DNA of 64,000 bases, from NCBI GenBank assembly GCA_965267575.1, contig OZ254086.1:4608001-4672000 (forward strand), in the 5' to 3' direction. The notes under the pieces are model-generated. The model saw nothing but the letters and a program-made list of their open reading frames with translations, was not told where the DNA came from and did no database searches. Below, one piece after another: positions 8,740 through 18,878 of the stretch; the stretch's first letter is position 1; each line of letters begins with the position of its first letter. Origin of the DNA: Calditrichales bacterium (lineage in GTDB: Bacteria; Calditrichota; Calditrichia; Calditrichales; J004). The translations under genes and the position numbers were made by a program.

Positions 8740-11700
8740 ATGCCCAGTACGATTGCCTCCATAGTTTTTTTTGCCCTTTTCCTCTATTCTACATTGTTGG
8801 CGCAGGACCATATCCGTTTTAACCATTTAACCGTAGATGACGGCCTTTCGCAAAGTGCGGTTACGACGATTTTACAGGACAGTAAAGGGTTTATGTGGTT
8901 TGGCACACAGGATGGGTTAAACCGCTATGATGGTTATGAATTTAAGATTTACAAAAACAGCCCGGGCGATTCTCTATCGCTTAGAGAGAACTTTGTTTTT
9001 TCTATTTTCGAAAACGCTGAAGGCGTGCTTTATATCGAAACGCAGGGTGGAATCTGGCACAGATTTGATGCAAAAAACGAACATTTTAAAGTTATCGATG
9101 GCAAAAACCTGGACTTGGGTGGCATGCGTGGAAACACCGTCCGTGCTGCACTATATGAAGAAAACGGCAACGTGTGGAAAGGCGGACTGGGCCAGCCGGT
9201 GGGATTAACAATTACAAGCCCGCAAAATAAGGAAACAAAAACATTCCGTCATGATCCTGACGACCCGGCCAGCCTAAGCGACGACAAAGTGTACTCGGTT
9301 TTGCGGGATCGTGCCGGTGATTTATGGATTGCCACTTTTGGCGGCCTGGATAAGCTTGATGAAGATAGCGGCAATTTTAGCCATTTCCGTAACGATGCCA
9401 ATGACCCTTTGAGCCTGCCGGATAATTGGGTATGGCCAATATTTGAGGACTCCCGGGGCAATCTCTGGATCGGTACTGTTCGCAGCGGGTTGTGCCGTTT
9501 TGATAAAAGCTCCGGAAGTTTTACGACCTACCAGAATGACCCGGACGATCCTACAAGCATAAACGATAATTTTATTTTCTCAATTTATGAAGATCGCGCC
9601 GGTCTTATATGGGTTGGTACAAATCAAGGCGGTATTAACTACTTTAACCCTTCTGCCCGCGCGTTTGAGCATTATAAGCACGACCCCAAAAACCCAAATA
9701 GCCTCAGTGATAATGATATTATATCTTTGCTGGCTGACAGTAACGGGAACTACTGGGCAGGAACAAGAAACGGCGGTCTTAATAGATTTAACTATACCAA
9801 AAAGAAATTCAGCCATTACAAAAATGACCCACTGAATCCAAACAGCATTTTAAGCAATTCCATCGTTTCTCTTTTTGAAGACCGCACAGGCGTTATCTGG
9901 ATTGGCACGTTCAGCAGCGGGCTTGATGCCTTTAACCCTAAAACCAATACCTTCACCCATTACACACATAATCCCAATGATTCCGCTTCATTAAGTGATA
10001 ACCGGGTGTATGCCATTGCCGAAGGCCGCGGGGAAATTATCTGGATAGGGACGTACGGTGGAGGATTAAATCGGCTGGACAGACGCAATGGAGATATAAC
10101 CCGTTTTACAGCCAGGGAAAACGATGCTGAAGCTCTGAGTTCAAATGCTACCTGGTCTTTGGCCAATGACGGCGACCGTTTATGGGTGGGTACGTTTGGC
10201 GGTGGTTTAAATGTCTTTGATAAAAAGACACAAAAGTTTCGCCATTACAAAAATATCCCGGAAGACTCTACAAGCATAAGCGATGACAATATTATTACTG
10301 TTTTTAAGGACAGCAAAGGAACGATCTGGGCAGGATCAACAAAAGGTTTTAGTAAATATCAGCCTGCTTCTAATAATTTCATAAACTATACGGAAGCCGA
10401 TGGCTTAACAAATAGTTTTGTGTATGGTATCGTAGAAGACAACAACGGACATCTGTGGCTAAGCACAAATAATGGACTATCGCGGTTTGATCCGCAAACA
10501 GAGAGTTTCAAAAACTATTACTACAAAGATGGCCTGCAGAGTAATGAATTCAATCAAAATGCGTTTGCAAAAGACCCGAATACGGCAAATTTATTGTTTG
10601 GTGGAGCAAACGGCTTTAATGTCTTTAACCCGGATAGCCTTAAACCCAACACGTATATACCGCCCATCGCGTTTACCAAGTTTTTACATTATAACACGGA
10701 TGATGAAGAGGGCAAGCCCATATTAGAAAATGGAATCTCGGAGCGCGATAGTATTTTTCTCAGCTACAAAGACAATATTATTTCCCTGGAATTTGCCGCG
10801 CTGAGTTTTCACAACAATTTGGAGAATCGTTATCGCTATAGGCTGGAGGGTTTCAACGAAAACTGGATTCAGTTAGAAAATAATAGGACGGTAACATTTA
10901 CAAATCTTTCGCCGGGCAGCTACGAACTCCGGGTCCTCGGTTCAAACAATGATAATATCTGGAACGAGCAAGGCCGATCATTGAATATCCTGATATCTCC
11001 ACCATGGTGGGAAACGAAGATCGCCTACGCCGCTTATTTCATTATCTTTTTTGGAGCGTTATACGTTATTCGCCGGGTTGAGATCAACCGTCGTGAGCAA
11101 AAGGCGCAGATCCGGGAATCGGCGCTGCGCGTTAAAGCTGCGGAAGCGGAAAAGCGTGTTCTTCAGATCGAGAACGAGCGTAAAACAAAAGAGCTTGAAG
11201 AAGCAAGGGCGTTACAGCTCTCCATGCTACCGAAGGAGTTGCCTGCCCTTCCCCATTTAGAAATAGCTGCTTATATGCGCACCGCTACCGAAGTTGGCGG
11301 AGACTACTACGACTTCATTACAAAAGGTAATGATTTATATGTTGCTTTTGGAGATGCTACCGGCCACGGTTTGCAGGCAGGTACAATGGTAACGCTGATG
11401 AAGGGCTTTTTTACTTCCGATTCCTCAAAGCTTGGTTTAAAGGAATTTATGAGTCATTGTAGCAGTGTCATCAAGGAGATTAAACTGGGCCGTATTCTAA
11501 TGTCCTTTAGCTATTTAAAAATAGAAGGCAAAAAACTGCAACTTACCAGTGCGGGTATGCCACCACTGTTTTATTATAACAGCAATAATGGTGGAATAGA
11601 GGAAATATTAATTCAGGGTATGCCCCTTGGCGCCATGCGCAACGCAAAATACCAGTCCACTGAAATGGAGCTGAAAAGCGGTGATGTTCTGCTGCTGATG

Positions 11701-11895
11701 TCCGACGGGCTGCCGGAGCAAATGAACCATAATGATGAAATGTTTGATTACTCCAGGGTAAAAGATCATTTCAATGCCCAGGTAAAAGAAAAGCCAAATG
11801 AGATCATTCAAAAACTTGTTCAGGCAGGAGATGCCTGGATGAACGGTAGAAGCCAGGATGATGATATAACTTTTGTCATTATTAAAGTTAAGTAG
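8740..11895 (+). CDS. Membrane sensor phosphatase: periplasmic Reg_prop beta-propellers + Y_Y_Y + TM + SpoIIE/PP2C
   Basis: GLSQSAVTTILQDSKGFMWFGTQDGLNRYDG; repeated IWIGT; YRYRLEGF; GGDYYD, GDATGHG, SDGLPE, DDITF. ATG 8740 preferred over track start 8644. Confidence 0.92.
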   Translation: MPSTIASIVFFALFLYSTLLAQDHIRFNHLTVDDGLSQSAVTTILQDSKGFMWFGTQDGLNRYDGYEFKIYKNSPGDSLSLRENFVFSIFENAEGVLYIETQGGIWHRFDAKNEHFKVIDGKNLDLGGMRGNTVRAALYEENGNVWKGGLGQPVGLTITSPQNKETKTFRHDPDDPASLSDDKVYSVLRDRAGDLWIATFGGLDKLDEDSGNFSHFRNDANDPLSLPDNWVWPIFEDSRGNLWIGTVRSGLCRFDKSSGSFTTYQNDPDDPTSINDNFIFSIYEDRAGLIWVGTNQGGINYFNPSARAFEHYKHDPKNPNSLSDNDIISLLADSNGNYWAGTRNGGLNRFNYTKKKFSHYKNDPLNPNSILSNSIVSLFEDRTGVIWIGTFSSGLDAFNPKTNTFTHYTHNPNDSASLSDNRVYAIAEGRGEIIWIGTYGGGLNRLDRRNGDITRFTARENDAEALSSNATWSLANDGDRLWVGTFGGGLNVFDKKTQKFRHYKNIPEDSTSISDDNIITVFKDSKGTIWAGSTKGFSKYQPASNNFINYTEADGLTNSFVYGIVEDNNGHLWLSTNNGLSRFDPQTESFKNYYYKDGLQSNEFNQNAFAKDPNTANLLFGGANGFNVFNPDSLKPNTYIPPIAFTKFLHYNTDDEEGKPILENGISERDSIFLSYKDNIISLEFAALSFHNNLENRYRYRLEGFNENWIQLENNRTVTFTNLSPGSYELRVLGSNNDNIWNEQGRSLNILISPPWWETKIAYAAYFIIFFGALYVIRRVEINRREQKAQIRESALRVKAAEAEKRVLQIENERKTKELEEARALQLSMLPKELPALPHLEIAAYMRTATEVGGDYYDFITKGNDLYVAFGDATGHGLQAGTMVTLMKGFFTSDSSKLGLKEFMSHCSSVIKEIKLGRILMSFSYLKIEGKKLQLTSAGMPPLFYYNSNNGGIEEILIQGMPLGAMRNAKYQSTEMELKSGDVLLLMSDGLPEQMNHNDEMFDYSRVKDHFNAQVKEKPNEIIQKLVQAGDAWMNGRSQDDDITFVIIKVK

Positions 11896-13495
11896 TGCCG
11901 GCGTTTTTTAAGAATAAGGCCGTAATATCGTCGCTTTGGTCGGTATCTCCCGTAAATTCATCCAGATCATGCAACAATGTATTAATAAACTCTTCTGCAG
12001 TTAATGCATTATTTTTAACAAGGAATTCTTTAATCGGGTGAACGTCGTCATACTCTTCGTCCTGTTCATTCATAGCTTCGGTCACCCCGTCTGTATAAAA
12101 AAGTATGCTATCACCGGTATTTAGAAAAGTGTGCGCACTTTCATAATGCGCAGTCTTCATCATTCCAAGAGGTATGCCGCCTGTTCTTAATTCTTCTATA
12201 GATTTGTTATTGCGGAGCAAATAAGTGGGGTTATGCCCGGCGTTTACTGTGATAAGTTCTCCGGTTTTTGGATCAAGAACAGCAAATACGGCCGTAATAT
12301 ATTTTTCCAGCGTAGCAGCATTGTGTACTACCTCATTGAGTTTATGTACCAATAATTCCAGTTCAAACGGTCCATCCACATAGGCGTGCGCCGAAGCCTG
12401 TAACGTGCTTACCAGCAAACCGGCAGCAACGCCTTTGCCGGAAACATCGGCCATAATAAATACATAACGCCCGTCATCGAGAGCGATGCAATCATAGTAA
12501 TCGCCACCGATAAACTTTGTCGGGATGTTTACAGCGAAATGGTCATAGCCGTCGATTACGGGTAATTTTTCCGGAATTAGCCGTTTTTGAATGGCCCCGG
12601 CAAGAGATATCTCGCTATCTATTCTTTCCTTTTCCAGGGATTGCTCATAGAGGTAGTGATTTTCAAGCGATGCCAGGACCTGTCTGGCAAAAGCATCCAG
12701 CAATAATTGATCGGTTGCGTCAAACTCGACGCGCCCTTTTCTGCTCTCTTTTTCAAAAAGGAAAAAGCTGTACTTCTTATCATTAAATGTAAAAACGGTG
12801 GAGATTTTATAGCTACTTTTTTCCAATTCCCGCGACTTAAAATGATTCGGAAAATATTCTTTATGAATCACCTTAGGTCCTGAATTAATCCTTAGCAGGC
12901 CTTTAGAGGCGTTTGTCAAAGCCAGCACGCGTTCCAGGGCCAGGCGGAGGAGCTGATCACCCTCTTGCAACCTTGACAGTTCGATACCGGTATCAATAAG
13001 GCTGTTAAGCTGTAAAACCCGGTGGTTCAGTTCAAATATTAACTCTTTTTCTTTTTGACGGGAAATATAAAAACGATAGGCATTGTCCAACTGTTGCAGA
13101 TAAATCTGCAGGCATACTGTATCAAACTCACGATAGGATGATTTATCAAGTTTTGAACCCAGACAAATTTGAAACGCACTCTTATCTCTTAAAGGCAGGA
13201 AAATCAACAACTTATTAGTTTCATCATCGATGTGTTTAATTTCCAGATTGTTTTCGGGCGAAGGAATATCATCCAGGGGAATAATAGATTCCGGCGTTTT
13301 GGCGAATATCATTTTCCACGAAGCATTCTCACTGCGCCGGTAGTAAATGGAAGCGTTTACGACAAGCAGATTACCACGAAGCACCTGGAAGAACTTTTTG
13401 GCCAGGTCTTCGAGACTACGGGCCTGGTTTAAAATGGCGGAGCTTTCCTGAAATGCCGCACTTTGCAGAAGAAGGCGGTCAATAATATCTGACAA
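11888..13495 (-). CDS. SpoIIE/RsbU-family PP2C phosphatase with degenerate GAF-like N-terminus
   Basis: GGDYYD, ADVSGKG, NAGHNP, YTDGVTEA, DDITAL; TTG start with GGAG RBS. Confidence 0.92.
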   Translation of the reverse strand: MSDIIDRLLLQSAAFQESSAILNQARSLEDLAKKFFQVLRGNLLVVNASIYYRRSENASWKMIFAKTPESIIPLDDIPSPENNLEIKHIDDETNKLLIFLPLRDKSAFQICLGSKLDKSSYREFDTVCLQIYLQQLDNAYRFYISRQKEKELIFELNHRVLQLNSLIDTGIELSRLQEGDQLLRLALERVLALTNASKGLLRINSGPKVIHKEYFPNHFKSRELEKSSYKISTVFTFNDKKYSFFLFEKESRKGRVEFDATDQLLLDAFARQVLASLENHYLYEQSLEKERIDSEISLAGAIQKRLIPEKLPVIDGYDHFAVNIPTKFIGGDYYDCIALDDGRYVFIMADVSGKGVAAGLLVSTLQASAHAYVDGPFELELLVHKLNEVVHNAATLEKYITAVFAVLDPKTGELITVNAGHNPTYLLRNNKSIEELRTGGIPLGMMKTAHYESAHTFLNTGDSILFYTDGVTEAMNEQDEEYDDVHPIKEFLVKNNALTAEEFINTLLHDLDEFTGDTDQSDDITALFLKNAGTT

Positions 13496-13507
13496 TCTGA
13501 CTCCATA

Positions 13508-13858
13508 TCATGCGAATTTTTCAAGTGCTTTTTCTACTGTGGGTTCCTTATCGGCAAAACTAAAAAGCCCCATTATCGAAAGAGTCTTTTCAATTGCCGG
13601 ATCAAGATTTGTGAAAACAAGCTTTCCATCATTTTCACTAAGCTTTTCAATAACCTCGATCAGGAAAGAAATACCAATGGAATTTACAACTTTGCACTTT
13701 TCTAAATCGAGTATCACCTTGATTATCCCGTTTTCAAAATGGGGTGTAAATTCATCGGAAATCTTTTCCCCACCCTCGTTATTGATATAACCACTGGTGT
13801 GCATAACGAGTACATCACCTATCACTTCAGAGGTGAGCTTGAATTCCGCTTCCATCAA
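13508..13858 (-). CDS. STAS-domain anti-anti-sigma factor (RsbV/SpoIIAA-like)
   Basis: ILDLEKCKVVNSIGISFL with phospho-acceptor Ser; 116 aa. Confidence 0.9.
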   Translation of the reverse strand: MMEAEFKLTSEVIGDVLVMHTSGYINNEGGEKISDEFTPHFENGIIKVILDLEKCKVVNSIGISFLIEVIEKLSENDGKLVFTNLDPAIEKTLSIMGLFSFADKEPTVEKALEKFA

Positions 13859-13867
13859 AACTCCTTG

Positions 13868-14284
13868 TTATTGCAGATTCTTTATAATTGTTATCTTTGT
13901 TCCGTTTTCATCGGATTCAATCTGGAAATTGTCCGACATGGATTCCATTAATTTAAGACCCCATCCACGTTTATGTTCGGATCCTATTTTTTTCTTTATG
14001 TCCGGTTTTGCAACTTTTCCGGGCTTAAACCCCTTCCCATAATCACGGACAAAAATATTTAAATTTTGCTGGGTCATTGTAAATTCAAGACGCACAAGCG
14101 GGTTTTTCTGGCCGGAATGTTCAAAGGCATTTATCACTGCTTCCGTTACCAGGATATGGGCTTCATTGATTTTTGCTTCCGGAATGCCCATATGCGCTGC
14201 CATTCGGTCCATCGCTTCAATGGCCACCAGCTCAATGTCTGGTATTTTAGGAAGCGTCATCTTTAGCTTCATATTATCGCTCAT
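13868..14284 (-). CDS. RsbW/SpoIIAB-like anti-sigma Ser kinase
   Basis: TEAVINAFEH, RDYGKGF, RGWGLKLM. Confidence 0.9.
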   Translation of the reverse strand: MSDNMKLKMTLPKIPDIELVAIEAMDRMAAHMGIPEAKINEAHILVTEAVINAFEHSGQKNPLVRLEFTMTQQNLNIFVRDYGKGFKPGKVAKPDIKKKIGSEHKRGWGLKLMESMSDNFQIESDENGTKITIIKNLQ

Positions 14285-14402
14285 ATTTTTCTCTTTCGAT
14301 TAAGGTGTTAATCCGAAAGCGCCATTAAAGCTCAAAACTCGTTAAGTCTATATCAACGCATGGTTTAAAGCAAGTAAATCGGCGTCTTAAGCCCCCGATC
14401 CG

Positions 14403-15281
14403 CTATCTGGCAAAACTGTTTATGGCCAAATTGATTTCGTCCTTTTTCGCTTCAACTGCTTGTTGCCCATTGCCCAATATTTCAGGAATACGTCGTGTAG
14501 AGCGCAGACTAATAAAATTGTCAAATATAACGTTGATGAAAACGATCTCATGGTGGTGCATATCCACCGACAAAGCTACCTGGCTTCGTTGCTGCCAAAA
14601 TTGCGAGTAACCGACGCTGCGCATGAAATATTGTAAAAAGTTCCGGGATTCTTCCTGCGTACGTTCTTCATAGGTCATTGCAATTACTACGTCCATGCCC
14701 TGATTTACAGCCTCCATTACAGGCAGCGGTGAACTGTAAACGCCATCCATTAGCCAGCGCTCTCCGATTTTGACGGGAGGCAGCAAGGGAAAAAGAGCGC
14801 CGGAGGCATAGACAGCGTCACGCAAAAGACCGGCAGAAAGCATAACCGGCTCACCACTTAGAACATCTGTTGTTTGAAACATGGTTTTGATTTCCAAATC
14901 TTCAATAAGCGTATCGCCATACATCTCTTTATAAGCTTTTTTGGCACGCTCCGGCTTTATGAGGCCACGGCTTTTATCAAAGCGTCCAAACGGCAGCCCG
15001 GCAATAGAAAGAAGCGTACGGTAGTCTGTCTTTGAGAGCAGGTCTTTATTGCCCCAATATTTTTTACCGAATTCTTTAAGTTTTTCAGCCTTATTTCCGC
15101 AGGCCCACGAAGCCACTACACTACTGCCACCACTGCAGCCAATAAGCAAATCTACTTCGATATTGGCTTTTTCTAAAAACTCAAATAACGCAATGCTGGC
15201 AAGCGCTTTCATGCCACCACTACCGACAACAACCCCGACCTTTGGGCGCTTCTTTAGATTTGTTTTTGCACTTTGCTGCAT
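14403..15281 (-). CDS. Patatin-like phospholipase
   Basis: GSGGMKA glycine loop, GCSGG nucleophile elbow, ASGALFP, DGV catalytic Asp. Confidence 0.88.
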   Translation of the reverse strand: MQQSAKTNLKKRPKVGVVVGSGGMKALASIALFEFLEKANIEVDLLIGCSGGSSVVASWACGNKAEKLKEFGKKYWGNKDLLSKTDYRTLLSIAGLPFGRFDKSRGLIKPERAKKAYKEMYGDTLIEDLEIKTMFQTTDVLSGEPVMLSAGLLRDAVYASGALFPLLPPVKIGERWLMDGVYSSPLPVMEAVNQGMDVVIAMTYEERTQEESRNFLQYFMRSVGYSQFWQQRSQVALSVDMHHHEIVFINVIFDNFISLRSTRRIPEILGNGQQAVEAKKDEINLAINSFAR

Positions 15282-15319
15282 GCCTTTTTCCTCACTTTAG
15301 TCGGTGAAAAATTTCAGCT

Positions 15320-18010
15320 TCAACGATCGCCTTTGGGGATGGTAATAATAAATTCGGTGTACTCACCGGGATTACTCTCCACCTTTATTTTTCCGTGATG
15401 TTGCTGAACAATAATATCATAGCTGATAGACAAACCAAGACCCGTATTGCCCTCACCCGTTGGCTTTGTTGTAAAAAACGGGCTAAATATTTTTTCCCTG
15501 ATATCTTTGGCAATGCCCGGACCATTATCGTGAATCCTAATCTCGATATCGGGATCTTTATAGCATGTCCTTATGGTTAATTTTGGCTTGTAGCTATCGC
15601 CGGCTTCTTTAATTTTTTGTGCGATAGCATAACAGGCATTATTCAGGATATTAAGCATAACCCGGCCGACATCCTGCTGCATAATAAGCGCAGGCTCCAT
15701 GTTTTCATCATAGGCTTTTTCTATTTCTGTATTAAAGCTGGAATCGAGAGCGCGATAACCGTGATAGGCAAGGTTAATATTTTCATCCATTAATTCGTTT
15801 AGATTTACAAACTCTTTTTCTCCCCTGCTATCCCTGGCGTGGTCCATCATGCTGCGTACAATTCTGTCCGCTCGCCTTCCATTGTCCAAAATATCAATAG
15901 CGTTTTGTTTGAGATCGTTAATCAGTTCATCCAGTTCGTTAAACAGGTCTGAAGGAATATCGTCTTTGTTGTTCTTAATCAACTCAGCCAGGTCTTCTGT
16001 TAAATCAGCTGAGCCTTCAGCAAAATTATTTACAAAATTAAGGGGATTTTTTATCTCATGGGCAACGCCGGCGGTCAGCACTCCCAAAGAAGCCATTTTT
16101 TCCTGGACAATGAGCTGGTCCTGGGTCTTCATTATTTCAGCCGTTACAAATTTCATTTCTTCCAGCAACCTCGCCTTGGCAAAAGCAGAAATGGCATGAC
16201 TCCGGAATCTGCTAAGCATGTGCGCATCGGAATGGTCAAACGCGTCGGGAATCTCGTCATTATCGAATAGCAGAAAACCGGCAAGCTGCCCTTCCAGGCT
16301 TATGGACATTGCCAGCACAGTTTTAGATTGCGTCAGGTTGAAGACATTGGCTGCGTCGTCCTTTTCAGAACTACGAACAATGTAGATGCCCTTTATAACT
16401 TCTTCAGATATTCGGGAAAATGATGCTTTTATATCATCAACCGTCATCTTGCGGTCTTGAAAAATCTGTAAATCATAACCGACCGCTGCAACAAAACGAT
16501 ATAAGTCTGATTGCATATCATAAATAAGCGCTGCGCCTTGCCGGGCCTGGGGGAAAAGCTTCAGGCCATGCTCCAGCAACGCGTTTATAACATTTTTAAA
16601 TTCGACCTCCCGGTTTACCGCTTTAACAATACTATCCAGCGTATTAAGCTCTTTGGCTGATTGTTGTAATTCTTCAGTTTTTTCATTCAACGCAGCGTTT
16701 TTTTCAACCAGCTCGGCGGTCCTTGCCTTAACTTTTTCCTCAAGAATATGCTCAGATTCCTTTAAAGTCTGGACGAGTTTTTGCTCATTTTTCAGCGCTG
16801 CTTGCTGAGCAAAATAACGTTCCCTTCGTTCGCTGTTTATCCTGTCTTGCACAGCGATCGAAAACAAAACCAATAAGGCAGAGGCGCCAAGCTGGATACC
16901 CCAATTCGTAATAAATACGCTAGGCACAACCCCAAATGATTTTAGGGCGAACAGAATCGTGCCCAGAAAATAAAGCCCCCACGCGGCCAGGAAGAACCAT
17001 GCGCTGCGAACACCCAATTTTGCGGATTGCATGGCGCATAGCATAAGTACGATTACCGTAGCAATCCCAAGTGCCGAAGCTACCTGTATGATTATGGAAT
17101 AACTGATGAGTAGGGAAAAAACCATACCCGCCGCGAACAGAACAATCAATAATTTCAGTACTTTGTCCCAGCCAGATATTTGTGTCGGTATTCCCAGCAG
17201 GGACCGTGTAAAAAGAGTGGCCGTTAAAAGAGACCCAAAAATAAAAAAGGGAATATTAACATTGGCCCACCAAATGGAATTTGGCCAAATGAATTGGAAG
17301 GCCAGGCCGTTTAGTGAAAGCTGCGCCAAGCCCCAGGAAAGCAAAAATAAAACAATATAAATATAGCTGCGGTCACCAAAACCTATATAGAGAAAGATAT
17401 TGTAGATTATCATTATGATGACCGCGCCGTAAAAAAGACCCAGCACAATTGTCTCAAGGCTGTTTTCCTCAAAAAAGGCTTCTTTGCTCCAAAATAACAA
17501 TGGGAAATTCATTGAGCTGCTGGTGCGAAAACGCACGTAGTAGACGGACGTATCTGAAGGCATTTCGCTCAGATTAAAAACGAAATTGCGATGATCGATG
17601 TCGCGCGATGAAAAAGGAAGATGGTCACCTGTCTGCTTGTGTAAGTAGCCCCCCTCCTGAAGCGGGAGATAAAAATCAAGAGAATCGATTAATGGATATG
17701 CAACCTCGAAATACCAGTCTATAGGCACCGGTTGCGGGTTTACAACGGACAGTCGTACCCAAAAGACGTCGTTTGTAAAACCAAAGCCCGGCTGCTCCAT
17801 TTCGGATGCGACAAAACCGCCATACCCAGGTTCCGCAACGTCCAGGATAGACAGCTTTCCTCCGGGATCTCTCAAAACTTCAATAGTGCTACCCAGAGAT
17901 TTGCTATCGACTTTATTATCTATTACAAAAACGTCCCCGGCCTGAACCCACAATACCAAAGGAAAAAAGATATAAATAGCGACATTAAAACCACACTTCG
18001 CACAAAACAT
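15320..18010 (-). CDS. 7TM-DISM sensor histidine kinase (DISMED2 + 7TM + GAF + HisKA + HATPase)
   Basis: GFTNDVFWVRL, YPLIDSLDFY, seven hydrophobic helices, AHEIKNPLNFVNN, DNGPGI, FFTTKP, GLGLSI. Confidence 0.92.
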   Translation of the reverse strand: MFCAKCGFNVAIYIFFPLVLWVQAGDVFVIDNKVDSKSLGSTIEVLRDPGGKLSILDVAEPGYGGFVASEMEQPGFGFTNDVFWVRLSVVNPQPVPIDWYFEVAYPLIDSLDFYLPLQEGGYLHKQTGDHLPFSSRDIDHRNFVFNLSEMPSDTSVYYVRFRTSSSMNFPLLFWSKEAFFEENSLETIVLGLFYGAVIIMIIYNIFLYIGFGDRSYIYIVLFLLSWGLAQLSLNGLAFQFIWPNSIWWANVNIPFFIFGSLLTATLFTRSLLGIPTQISGWDKVLKLLIVLFAAGMVFSLLISYSIIIQVASALGIATVIVLMLCAMQSAKLGVRSAWFFLAAWGLYFLGTILFALKSFGVVPSVFITNWGIQLGASALLVLFSIAVQDRINSERRERYFAQQAALKNEQKLVQTLKESEHILEEKVKARTAELVEKNAALNEKTEELQQSAKELNTLDSIVKAVNREVEFKNVINALLEHGLKLFPQARQGAALIYDMQSDLYRFVAAVGYDLQIFQDRKMTVDDIKASFSRISEEVIKGIYIVRSSEKDDAANVFNLTQSKTVLAMSISLEGQLAGFLLFDNDEIPDAFDHSDAHMLSRFRSHAISAFAKARLLEEMKFVTAEIMKTQDQLIVQEKMASLGVLTAGVAHEIKNPLNFVNNFAEGSADLTEDLAELIKNNKDDIPSDLFNELDELINDLKQNAIDILDNGRRADRIVRSMMDHARDSRGEKEFVNLNELMDENINLAYHGYRALDSSFNTEIEKAYDENMEPALIMQQDVGRVMLNILNNACYAIAQKIKEAGDSYKPKLTIRTCYKDPDIEIRIHDNGPGIAKDIREKIFSPFFTTKPTGEGNTGLGLSISYDIIVQQHHGKIKVESNPGEYTEFIITIPKGDR

Positions 18011-18091
18011 GCTGATCCTTCCTCATTTCGAAATCAAAAAGAGCGTGGTATGAGTTTTTTATAAAGAATATAGTTTTAAGACAGGATGTTT

Positions 18092-18424
18092 TTAAAACTG
18101 TTTCAGCGCTTCTTCATGAGACGGGTGTATCGCGAAAAGCATCGTAAAGCCGGCAACATCAAACACTTCCCGTACTTGATCCTGGAGCGAACATAGCACT
18201 AGCTTTCTGCTGCCGCCCTTAAGCTGCTTACCCGCAGAAAGCAGCACCCGTAGACCGGAGCTGGAAATAAAATTCAACTTCTCGAAATCGATCAAAATTT
18301 GGTGTTCGCCCGTTTCAATTGATTCTTGCAGGTGCTTTTCCAGCGTGGGCGATGTATTCGAATCTAAGCGGCCGGAAAGCTGCAAAATAGTGACATCCCC
18401 TGATTTTGATTTTCTAATTTCCAA
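18092..18424 (-). CDS. STAS-domain anti-anti-sigma factor
   Basis: SGRLDS, IDFEKLNFISSSGLRVLL, VFDVAGF. Confidence 0.92.
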   Translation of the reverse strand: MEIRKSKSGDVTILQLSGRLDSNTSPTLEKHLQESIETGEHQILIDFEKLNFISSSGLRVLLSAGKQLKGGSRKLVLCSLQDQVREVFDVAGFTMLFAIHPSHEEALKQF

Positions 18425-18430
18425 TTTTCC

Positions 18431-18862
18431 TCACTTGGTTATGTTCTTGGTTAAACTTAAACGATTTTTTTTATTTGCATAATGATAGTCCATTCCATCC
18501 ATAAATTTTTTCACGAAATGTAGTCCTAAACCGCCGACTGCCCGCTCTTCCAGCGAGCTCTTTGTATCTGCTTCCTCAGATTTCAGGGGATTAAAAGACT
18601 TCCCGTCATCCTCCACTTCTATGTGCAAAGTATCTTTTTCCAAGTTCAATATAATCTGGATTTCATGTGGATCATTGTCAGAATAGCCGTGCCTTATAAT
18701 ATTGTTCAGAATTTCGTCCAGAGCCAGGTCAACATGATTTGCCACTTTGTCTGAAAGTTTGTTTGCTTTGCAAAAAGCAGCAATTTTTTCGACGACTGTT
18801 TCAATTTCGGATAATTTATTCTCAATTGTGATTCTTAAATACTGTTTCACTTTTTCGTTCAC
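18431..18862 (-). CDS. RsbW-like anti-sigma Ser kinase
   Basis: DEILNNIIRHG, EDDGKSFNP, GGLGLHFV. Confidence 0.92.
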   Translation of the reverse strand: MNEKVKQYLRITIENKLSEIETVVEKIAAFCKANKLSDKVANHVDLALDEILNNIIRHGYSDNDPHEIQIILNLEKDTLHIEVEDDGKSFNPLKSEEADTKSSLEERAVGGLGLHFVKKFMDGMDYHYANKKNRLSLTKNITK

Positions 18863-18878
18863 CTATGCCGCAGTATTC

